A stretch of DNA of 64,000 bases from Blastocladiella emersonii ATCC 22665. Lineage: Eukaryota > Fungi > Blastocladiomycota. The stretch covers positions 806,001 to 870,000 of the forward strand of contig JANHCV010000004.1 in NCBI GenBank assembly GCA_025594325.1, in the 5' to 3' direction. Within the stretch, counting starts at the first letter, position 1. The number at the start of each line of letters is the position of its first letter. The notes under the pieces were generated by a model that made no database searches, had not been told where the DNA came from, and saw nothing but the letters and a program-made list of their open reading frames with translations. A program made the position numbers and the translations under genes. Below, piece after piece: positions 1-11,114 of the stretch.

Positions 1-60
1 GAAGAGTCAGGCAGTGCATAGTCGCAAAGTCGGTCAAGTACATTTCGGAGGAACATCAAA

Positions 61-1260
61 TCACTGGCGCGAGTGCTTCGTCCGCTTCTGACCGACGCGC
101 AGCAGGTCAAACAGCCGCGCGAGCTGCTTCTCGCGGCCGCGGCCCGGGGGCAGCCGCACCAGCTCGTCGAGTCCGATGAGCGCGACACGCGAGTTCGAGC
201 ACCGCGCACCGAGCTCCTCAATCTTCCCGGCCAGACGCAGGGCAAGACCCACGAGCACGCCCTCGGTCGCGCCCTTGCACGCCGCCTCGAACGTCGGAGA
301 CCGCGGAAACTGGCGCAGGCAGCCGAGGATGCGGTCGCTGAGGTCGCGCGGGTCGCGGAGCATCGGGCAGTCGACGGGCTGCTGCGGCGGCGGCGGGTTT
401 TGACGGCTGGACTTGCTCGGCGACACGACGTGGGTGACGGCGGTGCAGTAGCGGCAGCCGATGTGGGAACACGCGGGGCGAAGCGTCGCGAGCGAGGATG
501 GCGAGGCGACCGTCGCGGGAGCTGCTGCGGCCCTGGTTGATGGAGGTTTCGATGGCGCAGGGGTCCGCAGCTTGAGGCCGGGGAAGATGGTGCGAGTCGA
601 CGGGGGAGGAGGGCCGTAGGGCAGCGTCGGGTCGATGGCGTCGTCGGCCGATAGCGTAGGCGGCGGAGACGCGGCGCGGGAAGGGACCGGCGTGTCGTCG
701 GGGACGTCAATGACCTCGACCGGCGCCCTCTCGACACGCGGTGCGACATCGACCGACATGCCGGACGCGTCGTCGAGAGATTCGAGGATCTGGCTCGACG
801 GCATGGCCGAGGACCCAGGTGGCGCAGTCGAGGTACCCGCCAACGATGGGTTGGACGCGCTATCGCTCGCCGGTTCTGCCGCGGCCGCCATAGTCGAGAC
901 GCCCGAGTCCGGCTGCGGCTGTTCATCGGCCAGGAGCCCGTCGAGTATGTCCGAGACGTCGGGCGCGAGGCGCGCGGCGATGTTGCTCTCGATCAGCTTG
1001 CGCGTGCCGTACAGCTGGTGCCGCGACACGGCGACGTGGACCAGCATGTCGAGGAGCTGCCCGCGCTCGGCCACGTTCGCGGAGACGCAGGCCGACAGGT
1101 GCACGAGTTGGCGATCAGCGTCGTCGATGAGCGTGTGGCACGCGACCTCGGCGGCGCGCCAGTCGGCCAGAGTTTTGGGCGGCCCGATGCGCGAGAGGAA
1201 TGCCGAGAGCGCAGCAGGCTCGCTGTCTGTGCTGAGTGTCGTTGCAGTGTGTGAATTCAT
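61..1260 (-). CDS. Hypothetical protein (~399 aa from ATG 1260): helical N-terminus, Pro/Ala-rich middle, possible CCHC zinc knuckle
   Basis: Long ORF with GC3-biased codons. CRYCTAVTH...QPVDCP becomes C-x2-C-x4-H-x4-C if the 48-nt GT..AG segment 382-429 is spliced out. Confidence 0.55.
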   Translation of the reverse strand: MNSHTATTLSTDSEPAALSAFLSRIGPPKTLADWRAAEVACHTLIDDADRQLVHLSACVSANVAERGQLLDMLVHVAVSRHQLYGTRKLIESNIAARLAPDVSDILDGLLADEQPQPDSGVSTMAAAAEPASDSASNPSLAGTSTAPPGSSAMPSSQILESLDDASGMSVDVAPRVERAPVEVIDVPDDTPVPSRAASPPPTLSADDAIDPTLPYGPPPPSTRTIFPGLKLRTPAPSKPPSTRAAAAPATVASPSSLATLRPACSHIGCRYCTAVTHVVSPSKSSRQNPPPPQQPVDCPMLRDPRDLSDRILGCLRQFPRSPTFEAACKGATEGVLVGLALRLAGKIEELGARCSNSRVALIGLDELVRLPPGRGREKQLARLFDLLRVGQKRTKHSRQ

Positions 1261-1438
1261 GGATGAGCGAGTGTCGCAAAGTCTGGCGAGGTGATGGAGA
1301 GAGAGCGTTGGCCGCCGAGACGACGACGCGAAGCGAAGCCACGCGATGTGGCGCGACGCGTCGCCGACCAACCTGTGCGACGTCGCGAACGGGTTTCCAC
1401 GTCGGCTCAAAATAGAGTTCTAGTGTTGTAAATCTTCA

Positions 1439-4400
1439 TCATATCTCTACTTCAGCACCATACACCTCACGCGCCTTGACCTTCCCCGCCTCGACCACGG
1501 CATCAACCGCATCATGGACAGCAGCGAGGTCCGTGAACTGCCGCGACGCGAACACGAGGTACTTCATGATGGCCACGGCGCGGTCGAGGAACCGCGACTC
1601 GACGAGCGCCACCACGTACGTCCGCACAAACTCGGCGTCCGTCGTGAGGTCCGCCACCGTCGCGTGCGCCGCCACGTGGTGGATCCAGTCGCGCAGGATC
1701 TGCCGCACCTGCGGGAGGTCACGCCGGCCCAGCAGCGCCGGCGAGTTTTGCGCGGGGAAGACGGGCCGGTGGCGCGTCGCAGCGGGGGTGGCCCGCGTGG
1801 GTGCGGGACGAGGTGGGGGTGCTTGCGCGGCGCGGAGCCGTTGCCGGATCTCGACGCGTTTGTCGTTGATTACCTCGTTGCGGATGTCTACAAGAAAGAG
1901 CGCGTGTCAGTCAGTCAGGTTTCGCTTTAGGTCTCGCGATGCTGAAAGTGTACCCTCGGGCAGCGCGGCGAGAAACTCACCATCGAGCTCCTGCTGCAGC
2001 AGCGCCTCGACCTGCTCCTTGAGCTCGGCGGCCTTGAGCTTGGCGCTGCCGCCGCGTGGGAGCAGCGGATGCAGCGGGCCAGCCGCGGTACCGGCACCGC
2101 CAGCGGCACCACCGCGCTCGCGTTCTCGCGCTTCGAGCGCGCGTGTGCACTCGGCCTGGATCGCGGCGGGGAGCGTCTGGAACACGGCCCAGTCGATGTT
2201 GTCGGGGTTGAGCGACGGCGGAGGCATGGGCACAGGCGGCGGCGAGGGTGGCGGGGGAAGCTGACCTACACCCGCGTCCGCAGCGGCAGCCTTGGCAGCG
2301 GCCTTGGCCTCGGCGCGCTTGACAAAGTCGAGGATCGACGGCCCCGCCCCAGGACGCGGGCCGCTGTCGGCGTCCGTCGCGCCGGGACCCGACAGCCGCG
2401 TGCAGCTGATGCCGATGCCGCGGAGGTCGGCCGGGTCGAAGCCGAACGAGTCGAGCAGCTGGATCACGGCGGCCGCAATGTCGGCCTTGTTGTCGGTGCT
2501 GAGGCCGTTGGGGAGCGTGGTCGACTTGGAGTGCGAGTCGCAGATGCCGTGACCCATGTGCTTGACGGGCGGCGCGTCGGTCGCGCGCGTCATGAGCTTG
2601 AGCGTGATGTGCGAGGCTGTGCAGCTGAGCTGCTTGAGGCTACGCGGCAACGATGGTCAGCTTCGGCCACTCGCGTGGGGCGTAAAATCCCGTACCGATC
2701 CGCGACCTCATTGGAGAGGTTTCGAAGGAACGTGTGCGCCTGCTCGACGTTGGCGAAGCGGATTCCGTAGCTACAGCGGGGAGTTAGAGGCGGGCACAGC
2801 AAACCGAGAAACCGAGACAGGCCATAGGACAAACGTACTTGACCTCGGCACTCACCGTCTGCCGCGGCTTGTGGCCAAACTGGCGGTTATCGATACCGCG
2901 ACACGCGTCGTACATGCTACATTCATGCGGCAGGTGGAATGAGCACAAGCGAGACCCGAGGAACGGGGGGCAGAGCGCGTACGATTGCCCGACCTTGGCG
3001 CCAAACTCGCGCGCGAGCCGCTCCTTGGGCACGCGGTACAGGTCGAGCGCTGTAGCCACGCCCATCTCGCGGAACCGCTTCTCGGTGTTGCGCCCGATGC
3101 CCGGCAGGTCGCCGACGGCCAGGTCCTTGAGCTCCTCGAGGAACTCGCGCCGCGTCCAGAAGTAGGCGTTGTTGGGTTTCGCCTTGCGCGTGGCGAGCCG
3201 CGCAAGGAGCATGTTCTCGCCGGCGCCGATGGACGCGTCGCACCCGCCCGTGGCGGCGTGGATCTCGCGGCGGATCTCGTGCGCGAGCGGCAGAATGTCC
3301 GTCGCGGGCGACTTGATGCGGCTCGACACGTCGAGGTACGCCTCGTCGCACGAGATGGCCTGCAGGTTGTCGGCGTACCGCATGAACACCTCGTACAGCT
3401 TGGCCGTGGTGGCGCGGTACCGGTCAAAGTCGTACGGCAGCAGCACGAGGTCCGGGCACATGGACTTGGCCTTGCCGACGCTAGAATGCGCGCGCACGAG
3501 CAGTCAGTGGTTCGGCCATAGCGTGGACCGGAATGAGCGTACCTCATGCCGTTCTTGACGCCGAACGAACGCGCGACGTAGTTGACGCTGGCCAGGTCCG
3601 CCGAGCTGCCGCTGCGCACGTTAGTCGCGTGCGAGATGCCGACGGGTTTCCGGATGAGGTCCGGTCGAGCGAGGAGCGACACGGACACGAAGAAGCAGTC
3701 CATGTCAACGTGGAAGATGACACGGTGCTCGGACGGCGGGACGGGTGCACCCGCGCGGGCCTCCTGGAACGGCCGCGTCATCTCCTGCAGCTCGGCCTTC
3801 CACGTCGAGAGGAAGTGCAGGCGCGAGTTCTGGTAGTACTGCTGGATGAACTCGGGCTCCTTGCTGTCGAGGGCGCGCGCGATTCCGCCGTTGGTCGCGC
3901 CGGTAGCGAGCACGCTATAGTCGTGCCACGGCAACAGCCGGCCCTGCTCGACCGAGTCGAGGACCCATTTTGGCGACGCGACACGGTACGCGCGGAACTC
4001 GACCTTCTTGGCCTCGGTGAGGTTGGACGCAATGATGTGCGTCGTCGTTGTTCTGCGCAAATCGTGGGGTCAGCGGACGCGATGAACCGTGACGGCAACA
4101 GCGGCGAAACGTACTTGCTGAGGTAGTGGTCGTACTTGGCGCCGTGCTTGAGGACGAGTGTCTTGAGCGCCTGCTGGCCGAGCTCCTCGACGAACCCGTT
4201 GATGTGGATGACCATGCCGGCAAACAGCTGCGGGACCGACTCGCGTTCGCTATACGGTCGCAAGGGCGCCAATAAGAATTCGATCCAGAACACACATCGC
4301 GTGCACGACGTACAACTGCTGCTCGTCGTCCTGCTCGCGCATCTTCTGCCGCTTCTGCTCCATGTACACGCCAAAGTTGCCGAACCCGGCGGGGCGGAAG

Positions 4401-4561
4401 CTCCCATCCTCGGAGCGCACGCCCGAGTCGACATCGCGCTGCCGCTTGAGCGCCGTCTTTGTTACATGCGCGAGCTGCGACAGGGCGTTGACGGGCTCGG
4501 GGGCCGGGGTGTCGTCGAACGCCTCCGTGCCCGGATGCGGGTCCACGGTGGTGAAGTCCAT
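1439..4561 (-). CDS. REV1: Y-family translesion polymerase / deoxycytidyl transferase REV1 (multi-exon; start may be 4612)
   Basis: Collinear motifs across exons: FGNFGVYMEQKRQK; BRCT (LFAGMVIHINGF, THIIASNL, ASPKWVLDSVEQGRLLPW); YYQNSRLHFLSTWK; IFHVDMDCFFVSV; SCDEAYLD; LPGIG; C-terminal Rev1-CT-like helices ending EVEI*. Frame changes coincide with GT..AG introns. Confidence 0.93.
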
Positions 4562-5033
4562 GCTGCCATGGATGGTGGTTACATTGCTGCTAGTTACTCG
4601 TGATGAATGCATGAGGTGAGATGTGTGTCGGGGAGCGCAGGAACGGCGACGGAGGGAGACCGATGGCTCCTCGAACCATCGCTCGCGTCGCGCGTGCAGG
4701 TGTCACACCGCGGGCCACGTGCAAAAATGGAGACATGTCTCGCACCCCTTACGACGCGACGAGGAACAAGACGGCTGCTTCCTCGCACTCATGGTTGCTT
4801 CGCGCTCGAGGACTGAAGTGTTCGGCCACGACGCCATGAACCGAGTGTAGCGGAAGACTTCAGCTGACTTTCGGCCTCGAAGCTCTGCTGCATTAGTGCT
4901 TCAGCGACCGAGCCTACTGCCTGAGGCGCGAAGCGAGAAAGTGTAGCGGCGGAGTCGGGACACGTCGCTTGACCGTACGAAGACGGGCGATGCGTCGCTG
5001 TTCCCAAGACCTTGCAAGGCCGCTCGAGGCAGT

Positions 5034-5382
5034 TCATCTGCACGCCGTTGTTGCCCGACGTGCCTTGTCAGTGTCCGTGTTAGGGGTGAACGCGCAAGTC
5101 CATTTTCCGACTAGTTCATGGCCTGGGTTACCGCTCTTGACCGAGTCCTCGGCAGTGCCCAGAGTATTCCCACTCCTAGTTGGTCCATCAGCTCGCCCAT
5201 CAGGGCGCACGGCGTCTAGTTGGCACAATCCTCGCGGATCGACTATGGCCATCCTTGCATGCGCTCTTCCTCACGTTCTCGGCCCCTTCCCCACTGCTCG
5301 AGTTCCCAGCAAAGACGACCATCCTCAACTTGCGAAAACGCGTCCTCCGACACGTCCTTGGTTCGCGCGTCAGAAAATTCAT
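5034..5382 (-). pseudogene. Possible alpha/beta-hydrolase fragment (frameshifted)
   Basis: MVVFAGNS... is followed in another frame by AIVDPRGLCQLDAVRPDG...TLGTAEDSV, resembling the D-x-R-G-x-G-x-S...AED segment of alpha/beta hydrolases. By-eye match only. Confidence 0.3.
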
Positions 5383-5741
5383 TGATCACGGAGGCTGACG
5401 TCAGGCGCGGAGAAAATAGTGCGGGATGAGCGGAAGTGGCGCCGGCTTGGGGCGCACGTCGGTCCGAGTTTGCCGTCGCGTCCCGTCCCACGGAAGCCCG
5501 TCGGCCCGAACGGCACCGTTGACGATCGCCGCCGACTCTCCCCTCTCTTTCTTTCGCCTGGAAGCGACTCGTTGGAAGGGCTCTTGTCGACCCTGCCGCT
5601 GGGTGCGAAATCATGTTACTCTCATGAAGCTCTCGAGCAGCGGCTAACGAATACTCGTCTACCGTCTCCGTAGACGTTGAAGGAAGCCAGTACTCGCCGC
5701 ATCGGACTACGCTGCCGTGTACCGCCCTTCTACCCGTCAAC

Positions 5742-8043
5742 ATGGCCCCCGTCCTCTCAACGCTGCGGCCGCGCACCGTGCTCGGCGTCGCCGGCCTGGC
5801 GCTGACCATCTACGTCAACTATGCGCGCCGCACCATGCACAACCTCGACCCGAGCGACGCCGCTGCCGGCGGCTCGGGCAGCGCGGCCGAGCGCAAGAAT
5901 CGCGCCGCCAACGGCCGTGCCTCGGGCAACTCGGCCAACCGCGTCGGCGTTAACGCGCGGTTTATTGCCCAGATGAAGCGGCTGCTGCCGATCCTGGTGC
6001 CGAGCCCCGTGTCGCGCGAGGCCGGTCTCCTCGCCGCGCTCGCTGCGGTCCTGTTCGCGCGCACCTGGCTCGACGTGTGGTTCAGTTCCCTCAACTCCTC
6101 GGTCGTGCACTCGATCGTGTCGCGCAACAAGCGCGGCTTCATTGGCAAGGCCATCATCGAGTTCGGCACCGTCATGTGGGTGCTGTCGTTTGTCAACAAC
6201 TCGCTCAAGCTGTGCATCTCGAACCTGTCGCTCGCCTTCCGCAAGCGCCTCACCCGCTACGCGCACGACCAGTACCTCAACGGCCTCACCTTCTACAAGG
6301 CCGCCAACATCGACTCGCGCCTGCAGAACATTGACCAGCTCCTCACCCAGGACATAGAGAAGCTGTGCGACTCGGCCTCGACCCTCATCGGCGACCTGGC
6401 CAAGCCCGTCATCGACATTGGCCTCTTCGGCTACAAGCTCGGCCAGGCGATCGGCAAGGAGTCGCCCATTTTCATGATCAGCTACTTCCTCTTCTCGGGC
6501 GTGGTCCTGCGCTCGCTGTCCCCGCCCTTCGGCAAGTATACGGCCGTCGAGCAGCGCCTCGAGGGCGACTACCGGTTCACGCACTCGCGCATCATTGCGC
6601 ACAACGAGGAGATCGCCTTCTACGGCGGCGCCGACCGCGAGAAGACGCTGGTCAACGCGTCCTTCGACCGCATCGTGCGCCACGCGTCGCGCGTCATCAA
6701 CCTCAAGTTCGCCAACGGCATCATCGACTCGGTGTTCGTCAAGTACCTCGCCACCATGCTCGCCTACTACCTGCTCGCCCGCCCCGTCTTCGACCCCGCC
6801 CACGCGTCGCCGCTCATGGGCGGGTCGGCCGACCCGACCAAGATCATGGAGGACTACTCGCGCAACTCGTCGTACCTCGTCAACCTGTCGCAGGCTGTCG
6901 GCCGCATCATCCTCGCCGGCCGCGACCTCACCCGCTTCGCCGGCTACACGTCGCGCGTCGCCGAGCTGTTTGACGTCCTCGACGACCTCAACAACGGCCG
7001 GTACCAGTCCACCATGGTCAGCGGCGACGAGAAGCAGACCGGAAAGTCCAAGGTGATCGACTCGAAGGTGCTCGGCGGCGAGGTCGAGATCCAGGACGGT
7101 GTCATCGCCTTCGACAAGGTCCCGCTCATGACCCCCAACGGCGATGTTCTCGGTACGTTAACGTGTGGATTGCCAGCGCCTGGATGCATGGGTGCCCGGC
7201 GTTTCATGCTCGAACTCGAAATTTTCTCGGCTGACACCTCGACCGCCGCCTCCCCCGTAGTCAAGGAGCTTTCCTTCCGCATCCAGGCCGGCCAGAACAC
7301 GCTCCTAACGGGCCCTAATGGAGCGGGGAAATCGTCTGCCTTCAGGGTGCTGTGCGACCTGTACGTGCCCGATTTCGTGTTGTGGAGTTGGCCGCGGCCG
7401 AGTCGAACGCTCACCCCACCCCGTTTTTTCTAGCTGGCCCCTGTTCGGCGGCAAGGTGACCAAGCCGCACGGCAATAACAGCGTCTTCTTCGTACCGCAG
7501 AAGCCGTACCTCGCCCTCGGCACGCTGCGCGACCAGGTCATCTACCCCGACACGCGCGAGCAGGCTCTCGCCAAGGGCCTCACCGACGAGAAGCTGCTCG
7601 AGATCCTCGATGTGGTGCGCCTCAAGTACCTCGTCTCGCGCGAGGGCGGCTGGGACTCGGTCCAGGACTGGGGCTCGGCGCTCAGTGGCGGCGAGAAGCA
7701 GCGCGTGGCCATGGCGCGACTCTTCTACCATCGGCCGGCCTTTGCAGTCCTAGACGAAAGTACTTCGGCTACGTCTATGGACGCAGAGGGTATCATGTAC
7801 GAGCACGCCCGCGAGCTCGGAATCACGCTCTTCACGGTCTCGCACCGGACCTCGCTCTTCAAGTACCACGACTTCCTGCTCAAGTTCGACGGCGAGGGCG
7901 GCTACGAGTTCACCCCGCTCGACCACAGCGGCGAGGTCAACCCGTTTGCGTTCGGCCACGGCAAGTCGCAGTACGCGGCCAAGGAGGCCGTCCGCGGCGA
8001 GGACGAGGACGAGTCGGCGGCCGACGACGAGGCGTCCGCGTAG
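5742..8043 (+). CDS. ABCD3: Peroxisomal ABC half-transporter, ABCD family (ABCD3/PMP70- or Pxa-like); introns ~7154-7260 and 7361-7434
   Basis: TMD with [27 protein letters not shown] (EAA-like), Walker [11 protein letters not shown]-loop FVPQKPY, signature LSGGEKQR, Walker B AVLDES, H-loop TVSHR. Confidence 0.93.
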
Positions 8044-8105
8044 ACGCGTGATCTCTTTCTAATTTAATGCAGTTCGTGTTCTTCTTATATCATGGATATG
8101 GTCCT

Positions 8106-8302
8106 GACCTTTTCACGTCAAACAGCGCGGCCTTCATGTCGGCCAGCATGCCGAGCTCCTCGCCCTGCGACGACAGCAACGGCACAAACTGGTTCCTTTC
8201 GCCGATCTCAACTCTTCCTGGCTGGCTCACATTGCTCGTTTGAGTGGGGTCGTGAAAATCGGGTTCATTTGTAAGCCAGGAAGACTTAACCCATAGACGA
8301 CC
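8106..8302 (-). repeat. Inverted copy of 10145-10263 (100-bp block with 2 mismatches, plus a 17-bp block, separated by an ~80-bp insert)
   Basis: 8106-8205 is the reverse complement of 10164-10263 with 2 mismatches. TTAACCCATAG(A/C)CGACC at 8286-8302 matches 10145-10161. Confidence 0.9.
8213..8284. mobile_element. 72-bp element bounded by an 11-bp perfect inverted repeat (possible mini-MITE)
   Basis: TCTTCCTGGCT (8213-8223) / AGCCAGGAAGA (8274-8284). Absent at the equivalent position of the 10.1-kb copy. No TSD seen. Confidence 0.4.
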
Positions 8303-8401
8303 ATGGCACACTGGTGTCCCTCACCCCATCCCCTCATATCTCCACCACCTTTTACTCTACACTCTCGAAACTTTGCTCAGCAAAATTGTAGCTATTGATA
8401 C

Positions 8402-8499
8402 TGTCAGGGCCCGAGATTTTTAGCGTGGCGCACCGCCTAACGGCTGAGCTGGGAGGCGCCGCCAAAGTTATGATCTTCGCGCGAGCGCCCGCCCTGACA
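8402..8499. mobile_element. 98-bp element with TGTCAGGGC...GCCCTGACA termini (mini solo-LTR or MITE-like)
   Basis: 9-bp terminal inverted repeat with TG..CA ends. Flanks GATAC/ACACC are not a clean TSD. Confidence 0.3.
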
Positions 8500-8959
8500 A
8501 CACCTTTGCATGAATCCGGTTCAAACTTTTCGTGGACGCACTATGCGTAGACTGCTACCACTGTGTGAAGTTAAAAGATGTGGAGTTGAAAACTGAGGGC
8601 GTGGGAGTCGTGGGACGCTCGGGTCCACGCGTTTCGGAGCCAAGATCGCCCCGTTCTCCAGCCAGGTGCGAGACATCGCGACGCGACTGGCACCCACGTG
8701 TGCGCCTCGTTGCGCTCGATCCGATAAGCTTGAGACTGGGTTTGTGGCTTGCGGGGGGAGCGAGAAAACCGCGGAAAACCCGATCGGACCCGCTGAAATC
8801 GGGGTTGGACAGCGGTGTCCCCAGCCGTCCCCGCCCCGCCACCCAGCCCGCCGTCCGCCGAGCGGCCTCGCCGCCGTCTCACCCTCCACTTCCTCACCCT
8901 TCTTGCAAAGAACGACCTCAACCACCATCAACAACATATCATGTTATCAACAAGACTGC

Positions 8960-9964
8960 CTACGCCGAGCTGGGGCCCGTGAGCACGCGCTCGCGCGGGA
9001 CCCGCTGCCGTCCCACCTCGCTGCTCCTCGCGTCCCCGCGACACCGTCGCCACTCGCCTCGCCACCGTCTACGCCATCGGACCCGCCACCTGCGCTGGGC
9101 AAGTGTCGCTGCGTCGACTCGCATGCACCTTCGTCGTCCGCGGCCGCGGCTCTCGCCGTCCAACCTGCTCCTGCTCGCCCCGTCTCGCCGTCGGACTCTG
9201 ATCCCTATAGCGACGGCGAGGAGAGATCTGGCAGCGACGACGACGAGAAAGAGGCCAGGCCGCCGACCTCGAGGCCCGCAGGGAGCACCGGGCCACCGCG
9301 GCGCGCGCGCGGTCTGGACCGCCTGACGCGGCCGTTGCTGATGAAGGTCCCGGTGCTAGCGCCGCCGGCGCACCCTCCTCACAGAACGGTGCGGCGGGTT
9401 TCGACGACGGCGAAGTCCGCGACATGGCCAACATGGCTGGTTCAGACGGCGAAGAAGAACACAGTGCGTCAGCTCACTACACTGGGCCCGCGCGACATGC
9501 ACTGACGTGAGCTGATCTACACATGGCCCACGCTGTCGGCCGAGACGCGCGACGAAGGCCGGCAAGACGGCGATAGAGAGAAGGACCCAGGCGGCGGCGT
9601 GTGCAAGCTCACGTTTGAGGTCGGCGACGGCGTCCTCAGCTTCACCGACCGCCTCATCAAGCCGATGCCCTCGACGGTACACCAAGGCAACGGCCCGCGC
9701 ACAAGAACATGCGCTCCCCGCCCCCAAGGTCGCCGTCGCTAGCCGTATGTGGGCGAGACGCCGCTCCCCACGGCCACGCCCGCCGAGAACTCCGACTCGA
9801 TCAAGCCGTCCGTGGTCTTCCTCACGATCATCAGCTACAAGGGTCACGACGGCGACTCGTCCCCGCAGATCATGTGCAAGGAGACAACGAATCGATACGC
9901 TTTGTCCCGCCACACCGGTCCCAAGGAAATCTTCATGTCAGTCGATGATTGTGAGATGTTGTAG
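8960..9964 (+). pseudogene. Frameshifted relic of an unknown gene
   Basis: Coding-like segments in alternating frames: SDSDPYSDGEERSGSDDDEKE; GGVCKLTFEVGDGVLSFTDRLIKP; KPSVVFLTIISYKGHDGDSSPQIMCK. Confidence 0.35.
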
Positions 9965-10149
9965 TGGATTGCGGACGGCGCAATGAATGTTATTGGGCGT
10001 CCACATTTTTGGTGGGGAGGGAGGAACAGCGGTGAGCGACAGCGAGGTGAAAAAAAATCGGGGCGAGGCTTAGGTGAGTTTTGTGCGGTGCGGCGGCGCC
10101 TGTTTCAAGAAGCTAAGTCCGGGGACGCTGGTGTGCCAAACCCCGGTCG

Positions 10150-10683
10150 GCTATGGGTTAATCTCGGCGGAAGGAACCAGTTTGTGCCGTTGCTGTCGTC
10201 GCAGGCCGAGGAGCTCGGCATGCTGGCCGACATGAAGGCCGCGCTGTTTGACGTGAAAAGGTCGGTCTCGATCAGCGGTGGCGCGCGCGCCCAAGCACGG
10301 ACATTCTCGTCATGGCCGCGTACATCACGCGCGTGCTGGGCTCCCTGCACCTGCTCATGGCGGGCAACGTCGAGGTGCACAACCGCCTGCCGCCGTTCGG
10401 GTGCATGCCGTCCACGACGACGCGGTTCACGTCGTGCAAGTCGGCCAAGGACCGCACGTCCATGTCCGTCACGCTCGAGCAGTGCTTCATCCTGCAGGCG
10501 GCGCACCTCATGTCGCCCGGCGACTTTGAGGGCATGCTCACGGCGATGCGCGCGTGCGGGACCCGCAACGTCGAGCGCAATATCGGCAAGCCGACGTACG
10601 CGTTCAACGCGATCCAGTGGAATATCCTGCCCCGGCTGTACCGCCCGCCAAAGTACACGATCAACCAGGGCGCGCAGTCGTGA
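10150..10683 (+). pseudogene. Unknown coding segment; 123-aa ORF 10312-10683 with an upstream coding-like part in another frame
   Basis: Strong codon bias. NQFVPLLSSQAEELGMLADMKAALFDVK shifts frame at GTGAAAAGGTC (~10253-10263) into VGLDQRWRARPSTDILVMAAYITRVLG. Confidence 0.45.
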
Positions 10684-11091
10684 GCGAGTGGGGATCGGCG
10701 AGGAGTGTTTATGAATATACAACAGAGTTGGGTGTAGCAGTCTTTCGCGCGTCTGGACTATGAGTGCCACGCTGTCCGCTGTCCGCGGAAGGCTCCGAGT
10801 CAAGGGCGGCTCGTCGGTGCCTCGATGGAACCACAAGGTGTGGAAAAGTGTTTCTTGCTCATCGGTGAGTTTAGGGTCCGCAGAAGGCGGGAAAAACTTG
10901 CTCATCCCACCGCTCCACCGTGACCCGTCAAAGTTCCGTCACGATTTACTCGTAAACGGCAGATCCGGCAGAAGGTCTGCTCCAAACACCAATGCAGGTT
11001 GTCCCGATCAAGCACGAGTGAACAACGAGGAAAACAAACACGAATAGCGGGTCGAGAGAATGAGAGTCATGTCATGACACGGGTGGTCACC

Positions 11092-11114
11092 GTGGACGCA
11101 TCGCGAAATCACGT
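11092..11114 (-). promoter_or_regulatory. Bipartite motif copy ACGTGAT-N6-ATGCGTCC
   Basis: Minus strand reads ACGTGAT TTCGCG ATGCGTCCAC. Confidence 0.5.

Noticed and set aside
8100-10270. Definite MULE/Pack-MULE call for the inverted duplication
   Set aside because: No 8-10 bp TSD outside the repeats (GGTCCT vs GGTCTC only) and no transposase; kept only as a hypothesis.
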